64,000 bases of DNA from Dimorphilus gyrociliatus (lineage: Eukaryota; Animalia; Annelida). Below are positions 12,609 to 23,960 of the stretch, in pieces; the stretch's first letter is position 1, and the number at the start of each line of letters is the position of its first letter. The notes under the pieces are model-generated. The model did no database searches and was not told the origin of the DNA. It was given only the letters and a program-made list of their open reading frames with translations. The position numbers were made by a program, and so were the translations under genes. The DNA lies in the NCBI GenBank assembly GCA_904063045.1, contig CAJFCJ010000007.1:3541404-3605403 (forward strand), read 5' to 3'.

Positions 12609-13205
12609 TACTGTCCTCTGAAACTTTGTAAATTGAGTTTGTCAGCAAAATCTTTCTGGTATACGTTTACGTTTATTAGTCTTAAAGTTGAGTTGTTTGT
12701 CTTGTTTTGTTTCAGTTATTTTCATTTATTTTCCCTGAAATTGTTTCTATTTCAATCTGTCTTACTCTCAGCACTGTAACAAACAGCTGCCAGACACGAA
12801 ACTGCAAAGTAGAAGAGACGGGGGAGAAAAACGCGTTACGCGTTAGCTTGTAATTAGATTGGCGTCGGATGAAATTAACTTCCGTCCGCGTGCGTTAATT
12901 ACACTACCACCACATAACGAAACTGCCAGTCTTCTTTCTCAACTATCCTAGCGACATCTATTGCATAGGTAAAAAAAAAAAGCAGCGTATACCTTTTAAA
13001 GGTGAAGGTGAAATTTTATTCTACAATAATACGTAAATTATAATCACAAGTGCATTGGTCTTCGACACGTCAAAAACGCCTACAAAGACAATTATTCCAA
13101 AGGTTTGTAGTATAAAAAATTCTAGAATATTTTCTAGATGACCCAATATAAAAAAAAAAGAAATTTTTAACAAATCATTTTCTTGAACAGTTGTAGACTG
13201 AACAT

Positions 13206-14461
13206 ATGCATATTGTCGCTCAGATGGAGGATTTCTTAAAGTCAGACAATTCTCTTCTCAACCAATTTCTGCTTACATTAATTCTATTAAGATTATTGTA
13301 CTTTTTGGCTTCTTTCGTTCTTGCAAGAAATCCCAAGCCGAATGATGACAAACTTCCAGATGATGTAAAAGTTCTCTTTTTTCAGTTCAGAAAGAGGTGG
13401 GTGATGAATAATTGAAGCATTTCAAATGATATCGCAACTTTATAGCTGTCATTAATGGACTTTTTTCTATATAGAGTAGCGCCAATTTTCTTCTTTATGT
13501 TCCTAAGCACGATCTGGTTTGCTTGGACAGCCTATGCAAGCTTTTGTAGAGACGGAAAGACTACTGGATACACTCACTCTCTATTGGAACGAGTCCTACA
13601 CCCGAAGCGTTCAGCTTCAGTTGATACAACTTCGATTTTTCTTGCCTACTTTCTCTTCTTTATGCATGTGACTAGACGGCTGAACGAAGGTCTCCGAGTT
13701 AGCATTTTCTCTCATAGACAAGTGATGTCTTTCCCTGCTATGATTGTACAGTACATCATAGGCCTTGCTATAGCTATCTCTATCCTTGCCGATGGGCCTA
13801 ATCTTGAGGAAGCAATAGAAGGACGTAAGTTGTATTCTTTTTTTGGATATAAATTGAAAGAAGGACAAGTAGTTCAAGTCTCGCGTCGAAAGTAGCGCCA
13901 TCTCTATGCGATATGGATACTTGTACGAATAATACTATTATACTTTAATGACACATTTTTATACAGGTTGCTTCGGAATCGATCATCTTCTTAATTACAA
14001 GACGATTGTTGCCATAGTTATGTTTACGACAGCTTCGATAATTCAAAATCACTGCTTTAAAAATTTTGTGCAGCTGAGAAAGAATAAATCAGGTATAGAT
14101 GAGATTCCCCAATTATAATACTTATATCGCATACATAATTCATCAAATGGTACACTCACATCCGTTTATTCTAACTTACATTTTTCCCTCATTTATTTTC
14201 CCAGGCCACTGTGTGACAACTGGCTATAAACTACCAAAGGGAGGATTTTTCGACTACATATCGTCTCCCCAGCTGCTCGCCGAACTCGTTATTTATATTT
14301 CGATAGGTTTGATTTTGAACGGACCAACGTGGTGGTTAGTGGTAGCTGGAGTAGCAATTAAAGAGTATGACGCGGCTTATCACTGTCATGAATATTATAA
14401 ATCTAAATTCGCTAAGGATATGCCTAGCAGTCGTAAAGCTTTCATACCATTCCTCACTTAA
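13206..14461 (+). CDS. SRD5A3: Polyprenal/polyprenol reductase (steroid 5-alpha reductase family), multi-exon
   Basis: Multi-pass membrane protein containing HVTRRLNE. The C-terminus LPKGGFFDYISSPQLLAELVIY...TWWLVV...HEYYKSKF...RKAFIPFL closely parallels SRD5A3/DFG10. Confidence 0.85.
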
Positions 14462-14828
14462 AAATAATCAATTGATTTCCTTTCTCTCTCTTTTAAAAAA
14501 TTCACAGCATAAAGGAGAAAAAAAAAATTGAGTAGTTTCAGATTAGAATTCTCTTTTTTTTCATTTCTTTCAAAATTTAATAAAAACAAAAAAGAACTTG
14601 TAAAACATTGAAACGAATTGCTTTTGTTTCTTTTCAATAAATAATTAGAAATAAATAAATTAGGCAAAAGAGGTTTCTTTTAGAGGTAAACAGTTTTTTT
14701 TGTGTGTAACAGTTTTTTTCGTTGTGCGTGTCTCCCAATTGGCACACGAGGGTCTTTTATTTTTTGAACACTAGTCTTCTCCATCTCCAATTTATCTAGA
14801 AGTTTTTTTTAAATATAAAAATAATTTA

Positions 14829-17441
14829 CTAAAGCTGTTTAACGCAATTGGCAACATAATCCGTTAGAGTAGTCGGTAATCCTCCTTTATTAACTCTATA
14901 AAAGTCGACTAATTGTATTATATCTTGAAACTTAGTTGTTCCGTGATCAATCGAATAATGATATTTTCCGTCATTTTCCACCTATTTATGGGACAGAAAA
15001 TATAAATAAACTATCCGAAAGCTGGGTTAAAATAAAGTTTCATTCTACTTACCAAATGAATTTTACAGTGCTTAACTTGACCTTTAAAAACAAAGGATAT
15101 GACGTGAACATCTGGAATGCTCATGCTTTCTCTGATTAAGAAGAACCCATCAATTCCAGCCCCATTTGATAATAAAAGGCTTTCTGCGTCCTCCCTGGTT
15201 ATATTATGATAAAACCAAGACTGTGTCAGATGCAAATTAGAAGCCATATGTGCATTTGAAGGTGGCATCAATGAGGCAGGAGAGGTAAGAGGAGATCTAG
15301 AAGAGTATGATGGTGACGAACGAGGCATATTCACTCGGCCTCTCCGTCTCCAGGCAGCCGCTTCTTCAATTGCAACGCCGAATGCTTCGAAGGGGTCGTC
15401 AATAACTCGCCCCCCGGATGAGCCGGTAAAGTCCATAGCTACCATATCAGTGTTGGCCCTGCCGTAGGAAGGTTTTGATTGAATTTTACCTTCTCGAACA
15501 ACTGCTGCCTCGTAGTCGTCGTTCAACTGTTTTCCATATTTGACAAGCCGCAAGGCCATATGCCACTTTTGCCTGGAGCTTTCCTCCTCAGCACAAAGTT
15601 GTAGCCACTGGCCAATATCATTATCACTACGTTTTTTTAAGACGAGGCAGTAATCATTGTGAGAATCGAGAGTTTTTTTAGCATTGTTTGCCATATGAAT
15701 TTCATATTCGCTTAAATTTACTAAAACCAAGTGCCTTGGTTCTTTGGAATTGCTTTTCATGGAATAGTATAGGCCTGATGGTCTCAGCACGAAAAAATAC
15801 TTTTTCCACTTTGACCGCCCATTCTTAAAGTACAAGTAACCTTGTATATCAGGCATATTTGGTGCTGCATTTAGCAGAGATTGGCTGACCTTGGTTTTCT
15901 CGGCCTCTGCTAAATCAGAGAAATTTGCCGTTGGTTGGGCGTGGCCGACCGTGAAACGCATATCAAGCATAGAATCTGGGAAGTATGTAACACCTTGTTG
16001 GAAGAGAGCGTATCTCCTAGGATCCTTTTTAAATAAAAATTTATTATTTTCCGACTTTGACCAAGACGATCTGACTTTACAGAGATTTTCATGATCCTCC
16101 AAAGGTCGTTCAAGATTAAAGGCGCAATTTTTTTCAACAACACACCAGTCCCTGGTATACGAGACTTTCTCCTCCTGAGATAATTCCAATGTAGCGTCGA
16201 TAGCTAACATGCTATCTGCAACGACTAAATACGCAGGTGTTGACTCCCTTTGCGCATTATGAAAACTATAGCGTCTAGTTGGTAGTTGATCGAAAGAGCT
16301 TGACGATGTAGGCATGGCATTGCTTTTAGCCATTCTAAACATTAGCGAATTGTTTGATATGTGGTGAGAGAAGGTGGATGAACGAGGAATACGGCGACCT
16401 ATTAAAAAAGAATAACAGTATTTAACGAACATTTAGAGTACTATTAAATAAAAACGTTTTTACAATAATATCAACATAACAAAGAGACAAATAATAACAA
16501 TATCATAGAAAAAAAAATATTTATATTAGTGGAGAGAAAGCTAGTCAACGCTTTAAAAAACAAAACAATAGAGATTTACCAAAATAGAACTAATATACCG
16601 ACATAAACAAAGCATTCTAGTTATCTTTTCTTTATACATTTATATAGTTATGCGTAAAAGTTTTGTTTATAAAGAAGATTAGATCCTTAAAAGAAACAAT
16701 GTGTTACCCCCGCCCCCCACTATTCCTTTCAATTTTCGACATCAGTTTATGAATAGCTATAAAAATGCTAAACCGGGTAGCAATCTGGCACACCCGAATA
16801 CGGGACACTGAATATAGGTTGTTTTTTTATTTTTTAGTCTATTTCCTCCTTCCCATACCATTCACTAATATGCAAAACGTTATGAATCTGTTTGTGTGTT
16901 TGTTTCTTTCTTTCTCTCTCTCTCTAAATATATATATATATATATAATCATATATAATTTATGGAAAACGCAGTAAACTAATTTCTGTTACTTGTTTTTT
17001 CCCTTATTTCGTATAAAGAAATAGACGAATCAATATATTTTTGTTCAGTTCATTTCAACGTTAAAAGATATTTATCTATTTCTAGTTAAAATTTGAAATT
17101 AGATAAAAAAATTTATAGTGTTATACTTTATTGATTAAATTGATAAGAAAATATTCGTCATACACCTATCCCATTCTCCTTCTTCCTCCCCTACCCCCGC
17201 CCCCTCTCTCTCTCTCTTCTACTCCCTTACTCACTTTATATATCTTATTATAAATAAGCCAATTACTTTAATTAACGCTTCTTTAAGAATAAATATAATA
17301 AAAGTATATAAGGATAAAAAATAGAATTGATTAATAATTAACATAATTCATTTAATAGGACGATATATTGTTTATATACAGTAATAGTTTGTTTTATAGT
17401 TTTATAGTTTTTTATTGTTTGTTTGTTGATTTTTTTGATTT

Positions 17442-17474
<33 letters not shown>

Positions 17475-18695
17475 TTCTTTCTTTGTTTTATTCTATTAAA
17501 AGTATAGAGAGGAGAGTAATAGACTAACAAAAAAAACAGATTAAATTAAAATAGAAAGAAAAACAAGATCGTACCTGAATATTTTGTTCTAACCGGCAAA
17601 AACACGTTACGTAACTGAATTGTTTAGTAATTTGTTAGGTTTTTTTCTTATTATTATTATTTATTGTATTTATTTATAACTTCCTATATTTAATTATTCG
17701 GAAGGATATACTATTTTTTAGATGGTTTGTACGCACACGTGATTATAACAGATATCGGACATCGAAGGTGAATAGCGTACGTGTTTGTATGTATGTGTGT
17801 ATGTGTGTATGTGTATGTGTACAATACATGAAAATGCGTCTGTCTGTCTGTCTGTCTGTCTGTCTGGGAATAATAAAAACGGTCGATAGACTGTAACAGT
17901 TGGCGATAAGCTTACCTAAACTGTTCGATTGGTAAGAAGACTTTTCGGTTTCCTGACAGGAACAAGAACATCTCAAGTTTCTTTGGGAGGATTCTCCTAT
18001 TTTTATCGTAAAAAAAAAATAAACAATTGAAATAAGATACTGTTAGACTATTACATAAATACTTAAAAAATGGCTAACGCCTACATTAATTTACGCGGTC
18101 TTATTCAAAAATTCGAATTTTCTATCAATTTCCCGCCATTTCTATACATTTTTTTGAAATATTATTACATCTGTTCGTAACCGAAAATAACCGGCTTGTT
18201 TATAATAGCGTTCTTGCAGAATAAAAAAATGATGATTCAGCTACAAGTGTACGCAACGTGTATAAAAATAAATTATTCATTCGTTTTTTATAACGGACAC
18301 CATCAATAAATAGCAAGAGCCTGCATAGGCCTAAACGCACCGACGTTTGGTGCCAAGTTACTTTATCTGAACACGTCATTTTGTCTAGGAAGATAAAATA
18401 TAGGACAAAACAAAATAAGAATAGTGTTTTCTTCTAGTCCCGAAAGTATAGAAATATCTATTCGTATCAGTTACAAGGCGGTTTATTGTCCTAATTCCTT
18501 TTAAACATTCTTAAAAATTTAATAATTTCTTTATTTTAACGGTTTTTAAAGAATTAGAACAATATAAACTGTGTTTTAGACATAGGTAAATTATTAATTA
18601 AACTTACCATTGAATGTTGATTGTTCTTCGAAATCGACAACATCGTACGTATCGAACTGTCGAAAGGGCGTATAGTTCTTCTCCACTTTGATCAT
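14829..18695 (-). CDS. GRB7/10/14-family adaptor (RA-PH-BPS-SH2). Exons: 18695-18608 (putative first), 17996-17916 (symmetric 81-nt exon), 16398-~15053, ~14975-14829
   Basis: RA domain ([20 protein letters not shown]), PH domain (QGYLYFK...[16 protein letters not shown]), BPS motif ([35 protein letters not shown]) and SH2 domain ([12 protein letters not shown]...FLIRES...[20 protein letters not shown]). Splice phases are compatible. The 5' exons are less certain. Confidence 0.88.
17838..17866. repeat. (GTCT)n tetranucleotide microsatellite, next to a (TG/TA) tract at about 17785-17820
   Basis: Direct reading. Confidence 0.9.
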
Positions 18696-19088
18696 TCTCC
18701 GTTTCTGACGAGGCTGTTGCTCGGCGCATAAACAAATAACTATGGCGCTGAGCTATGAGTACTAAAATCTGTATCGCTTTACTGTTTTTATACCCGACTT
18801 AGTTCGCTCTGGTATAACTTAACGCCAGAGTAAACTAATAGTGCAACGTACACTCGGTCGTGTTAGTCGACTTTGTACCTTAAAAACATAGTTTCTACAA
18901 TACTTTGAGGCAAATATAGGTATATCTTACTATTTTCAACGTAAAAATCTAGGATGCTTTTTTTTCTAGAAAACCATAAAAAAAGAACAATTTTATATTT
19001 ATTTAGCGATAAATCAGACAATTACACGACCTTTAAAACGAATAAAAACTATAATAAGTCTTTTGAACAGCAGTTTTAAAAATATTAT

Positions 19089-20351
19089 TTATTTCGTTGT
19101 CGTTTTCTTTCGTTTATATTTACTATCATCATTTACGCAGTCTTCGTAAGATGGCGATTTCTCCTGAACAATCCAGGACATTGCTAATTCATAGGGTGGA
19201 GGTTGTACATCTTCCGAATTGGATGCGTCCTGTGTAATTTAATATATATATAGAAGATGTAATCTATAATCTACCCTCTTTTTTGTCTCTCTATCCTATT
19301 CCCTTTAATTTTCTATTAAAAGTAACAGGCGATAATTGAACGAAAACAAAACAAAACAAAAAAAAAGAGACTTTCACCTAAAGTTCAATAACACCAAAAA
19401 ATTCGAAAACAAATAAGTTGAATATACATAACGTATTTCTCATCGTATTACAAAGAAGATAACTAACTACTCTGTCAATTCGAAAATCTTCTTATTATAC
19501 ATTCTTGTTTAAATATAAACGTCAAAATTCTATTTTTAATATTCTTTAAGTTTCTTTATAGATTATCGTGACGTAATTATTATATTTTTTTTTTTTGCAC
19601 GTGGTAATTCTTATAAAGAATTCTATTATTTCCTAAATTAACATTTTATTTTCTTCTATTTATAGAAAGATTATTACATTTTTCCAATAAATTCAAAAAT
19701 TACTTAAATAGTCCTTAATAGAATAGTATTCTTTTATTATTATATCTTTGCTCTTCTATTTCGACTTCCTTCCTTCCTGTCCTCTATTTTTTTTTTTTTT
19801 TGTACTTTATTGAGGGCAATTACCGTTCATTATATTTATTTCCTTAAATGAGGAAATTTTCAAGTGCAATGCTCTATTTTCTTCTACGCCATTGTTATTT
19901 TGGACACGTTCAGAGACCCGTACACTAATTTTTTTTTGTTTATCGCTATTTTTAGACACAGTCGATTACTCTAAGGTTAATCGAAGCAATCTTTAGAATT
20001 AGATAAGTTTATAATTTGCATATTAATCAAATAAAAGCTTGTTATTTATGTAGAATGAAGGAGTAGTAAATAATTGATTACCAAAGATTGATACAGAGGG
20101 GGTGGAGGTCTATCGGTGCATGACAACGACCGTTGTGCTGATCTTTCGTTCAATGAATGAAAAGTTGGCGGCTCTCTAGAATTGGTGCCATAAACCACGA
20201 AACCGTCATCTTCTGCTACGTTTAATCTTTCGTGTGATATCTCAGTGACTCTTGGTGGCGTTGGCGGGGCAGATAGAGATCGAATTATTTGCGCAGTAGC
20301 AGCAGTGCTCTTCCTTTTCACTTCGTTTATTATTTTCTTGAAGTCACTCAT
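19089..20351 (-). CDS. Uncharacterised ~136-aa proline-rich protein with PY motifs. Exons 20351-20082 and 19229-19089
   Basis: Exon 1 starts with ATG and ends at a GTAATC donor in phase 0. A CAG acceptor at 19229 continues the frame (DASNSEDVQPPPYELAMSWIVQEKSPSYEDC...*). Both exons are GC-elevated relative to their flanks. Confidence 0.6.
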
Positions 20352-20944
20352 TTATTATATTAATTTTATTTGGTATTCATTTCTTGTTTATCAAAAAATG
20401 GTCACCTATTTCAATATTTATGTTAGGCTCGCATTTAATAAATATGGTATCCGATTCCAACGTTTAAAAAATTTGGAAATTTATGTAAGCGGAAAGAGCA
20501 CCCGTCAACTGTATTGCGGGACTTTTAAATTTTCGTCAATAGTCGTTGATATAGTCAATTTATGGAAGAAAAAAGACACCAGTCGATATGAAAATGTTAA
20601 GCTTGCTCCTATATTCATAATTAAGCAGTTCAATTTTAACATAATAGTTAGCCAGCATTCTATGGTAACAGAAGATATCGATAAAAGTGTATACAGTGGT
20701 GTGTAGTGTGCTTTTACTCTACCGAATTCGTTTGAGGCTGAAGTTGCGGCGCTAAAGTTGACTAAGCCTCTGCAAAATTCTTTACAGTTCTACAGCGCCT
20801 GCTGCAAACCTGGAATACATGTACATATGAGCAAGAGAAGGTATTAAATATATATTCGTTTTTTATAATATTCATTGATGATTTTCATAAAAATGTCGAC
20901 TATTCGACCAACTTGTCATTGAATGTCAGAGTGAGAAGAGCAAT

Positions 20945-21363
20945 ATGGCTAGCGGGAAACGAAAAATATCAACGTTTTCGGAAGGTAAAATAGAAACGAT
21001 ATATAAACATATATGTCGATATTATTACTTTCTTCTACCAATATATTTATTGTCGTCTTACACGTATAATACAACTTATTGATCAGTTAACGTATCAAGA
21101 ACTATAGGCAAACAAGCATGAATTGGAAAGATTCATTTATGTCTACACTTTCTTCTCAAACTACATCTGATGTTAGTTTTACATCTATACTTACCCTTTC
21201 AGAGTCTAGACGAACGTCGGTATACGTTAACGGTTTGTAGAGTTATCTACTTTAATCCATTGTCTTGTTATTTTCATTTTTAACTCTTTTTCTCTCTTTC
21301 TCTCTGTCTCTTTTGTTCATTCATTCATTCATTCTTTCTTTTTGTGTATACAACTTGTTATAT

Positions 21364-21405
<42 letters not shown>

Positions 21406-22436
21406 AATAATATATTTTGGTTGAAAATGACACATGTTAACTAATAATAGATATGTTAACATAATTTCTAACCGTTTATTCGTATACAGAGGCCCTCCTA
21501 CCAAAAAATGGATTATTAAGAAAAGCTCATTTAGCTAAAGCGAAATCGTCTGGATTTTCGCAGTTTGCCCACAGACTATTCATATTGCTGTATTGCGGCT
21601 CAAGTATGAAAGGAATAATAAGCGAAAAATTATTATTCAATTGTTTTCTTTCTTTCTTTCATACCAAAAATTCTTCTTATGTCTTATATTGTTCCTCAAT
21701 AAATAATTGCAGTTGTACAAAGCTTCGTTACTGCCCTTCTCTTCGTTTTTCCAATGTCTATGCTATTATTAGGTATGATTTTAATTTAGTTATTTCTATA
21801 TTACCATTTTATTCAATATCATTAATACGTTACACTAGGAATTGTCTACTTTAAACACTGCCCTCGACAACATTACATACCAATTTATTTATTCGTTATG
21901 GGAAGTTTTGGAGTAGTAAAGGCGCTATTTAACACAGTTAGACAAGTAAGGAGGAAGAGGGACGAAGAGGAAGACGAGATGGAAAGATGCAAACCAAATC
22001 CAGCTTCGATTCTTATTAATTGTTTTCTATTCGCATGGTTTTGCACAGGTAATAAATTGATTAATAGTTTATAATCTATCTATAATAATATTTATATATC
22101 TTAGGTGCTTATTATTTAAATTAATGACTAATAGTCAATAAGAAATGTCAACTATGATAAGTTATCCTAATTACTACAGGGAGTCACTGGGTTTTTGAAA
22201 TGTACTACGATTATAATTCAACAAATGTTAATGATGATAAATATTGCAGTGAGAAATTGTATAAATTCGCCTTTTGGATTACCGTTGCTGGTTGGATTGT
22301 TCTTGTTCTTGTTATTCTCTCCTATTTTATTCTTCTGGTTATTTTCCACGTTAAAATTGGTTCTTCTTTTATTGAAACTGATGTTAGATCAATTGAGAAG
22401 AGAGATAGGAGAGAATCTCAAGCAGCCTCTGTTTAG
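20945..22436 (+). CDS. TMEM272: TMEM272-like four-pass membrane protein, with two candidate first coding exons (20945-20984 and 21118-21232)
   Basis: Spliced sequence FPMSMLLLGIVYFKHCPRQHYIPIYLFVMGSFG...NCFLFAWFCTGSHWVF...YCSEKLYKFAFWIT follows the recalled TMEM272 pattern (CP.Q..IPIYL..G..G; F...WF..G..WV; YC...LY.FAFW). Confidence 0.75.
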
Positions 22437-22590
22437 TTTAGTTATTTATATCTTTATGGATGTAAATACAGAAAATATTCAAAGAATAAAAAAATATTAT
22501 CTAAATATCAATCTAATTTATCTAACACGCCGCATATATAATACAGTATATGTCTATATGACATGTAGAATAAATTAAAAGAATTCTTTT

Positions 22591-22598
22591 TTTCCCGC
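22591..22598 (+). promoter_or_regulatory. E2F-type site TTTCCCGC upstream of TRDMT1
   Basis: Matches the E2F consensus TTTSSCGC about 60 nt before the ATG, in otherwise very AT-rich DNA. It could occur by chance. Confidence 0.3.
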
Positions 22599-22658
22599 CC
22601 TTTCTGGACTATATTAAAAAATACAATTCCAATTTGTATTTTAATAGTTTATTTCGTA

Positions 22659-23750
22659 ATGAAATTAAAAGTTTTAGAATTATTTAGTGGTATTGGGGGC
22701 TTCCATTTTGCCCTAAAATCTACAGGTATACCGTACGACGACCTTATTGCAATGGACATTAATACAGTTGCTAACGAAGTGTACAAATCCAATTTTAACC
22801 CATCATCGCTCAAGCAAAGAAGTATAGATTCATTATCTATTGCCGAACTCGACAAGTACAAACCGAATTTAATATGGATGAGTCCACCGTGTCAGCCATT
22901 TACTCGCCAAGGCCTACAAAAAGACGACGAGGATTCACGATCGAAAGCTTTTTTACACTTATTAAACATAATTCCTAATTTAGTCTCTTTACCCGAAATT
23001 ATCATGTTGGAAAATGTTAAGGGCTTCGAAGTATCTCGATGTCGAAGCGCCTTGAAAGATTGTTTAATCTCTAAAGGTTATCGAATACAGGAGTTTTTAC
23101 TGTCGCCTTTGCAGTTTGGCATTCCAAATTCACGATTACGCTATTTCTTTATAGCAAAATTAGAAGATTTTAACTTTGAAACAAAAAGCTCTATATGGGA
23201 AACTATACCGGATTGTATGTCGGATTACCTCGTTCATTTGCAATATAAGGGTCTACCTGATCAGGTAGTCATTAAACCCGATACTAAAAATCACAGGGAT
23301 GAGCTGATGTATACAACTAGATGCAAGCCTATTTGCGAATTTTTAGAAGAGAACGTTGACCTTACTAAATTCGGGTTAGAGGAGAATCGTTTTAAATTGT
23401 TTGGCGCAATGGATATGAGGAAAAGAGAATCGAAGAATACTTGTTGTTTTACTAAACGTTATTCGCAATATATCGACGGAACTGGATCCCTACTCGTTGA
23501 AGGTGATTTGGCCGAAGAAGAATTTAATTATCTACGTTCCCGGCAGGACTTTACAGACGATAAAAGTATAGAGCTAATTAGAAGACTACAAATTCGATTT
23601 TTCACACCGAGAGAAGTGGCTAATCTTATGTGCTTTCCTTCATCTTTTACTTTTGAAGAAACAATTACAACTCAACAAATGTATAGATTACTAGGTAATT
23701 CTTTAAACGTACACGTAGTATCTATTTTAATCCGACTAGCTTTACTATGA
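22659..23750 (+). CDS. TRDMT1: tRNA (cytosine-38-C5) methyltransferase DNMT2, intronless, 363 aa
   Basis: All C5-methyltransferase motifs are present: LELFSGIGG, SPPCQPF, LENVKGF, PNSRLRYF and LLGNSLNV. The DNMT2-specific CFTK.Y..YI.GTGS target-recognition motif is also present. Confidence 0.97.
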   Translation: MKLKVLELFSGIGGFHFALKSTGIPYDDLIAMDINTVANEVYKSNFNPSSLKQRSIDSLSIAELDKYKPNLIWMSPPCQPFTRQGLQKDDEDSRSKAFLHLLNIIPNLVSLPEIIMLENVKGFEVSRCRSALKDCLISKGYRIQEFLLSPLQFGIPNSRLRYFFIAKLEDFNFETKSSIWETIPDCMSDYLVHLQYKGLPDQVVIKPDTKNHRDELMYTTRCKPICEFLEENVDLTKFGLEENRFKLFGAMDMRKRESKNTCCFTKRYSQYIDGTGSLLVEGDLAEEEFNYLRSRQDFTDDKSIELIRRLQIRFFTPREVANLMCFPSSFTFEETITTQQMYRLLGNSLNVHVVSILIRLALL

Positions 23751-23960
23751 CCTTTAAAGAATGAAGATAATTATCATAAAAATCTTTTCCTCCAATTAGT
23801 AAACTTTAAAATATACGATGCACGTCGAGTTTGTTAATTCTGTTCCTTTTATGCGGATTTATTATAAAAAATGAATACAAAGTAAATATACAAGAACTGT
23901 ACAAATGTAAAGACATAAATAAATAATATATATATATAAAGACAGTAATACCAAAAACAG

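Noticed and set aside
20175-20220. EDDGFVVYG resembles the UMAD1 N-terminal EADGFVLLG or a LIR motif
   Set aside because: There is no UMA domain in the predicted protein and FVVY does not fit the LIR consensus, so no gene symbol was assigned.
10660-22660. Acceptor-like AG sites just before several ATGs plus short same-strand gaps (eIF6/Ly6, TMEM272/TRDMT1), suggesting operons with SL trans-splicing
   Set aside because: T-rich AG sites arise readily by chance here or can belong to 5'UTR introns. No SL RNA gene was seen, and plausible promoter motifs lie directly upstream of the downstream genes.
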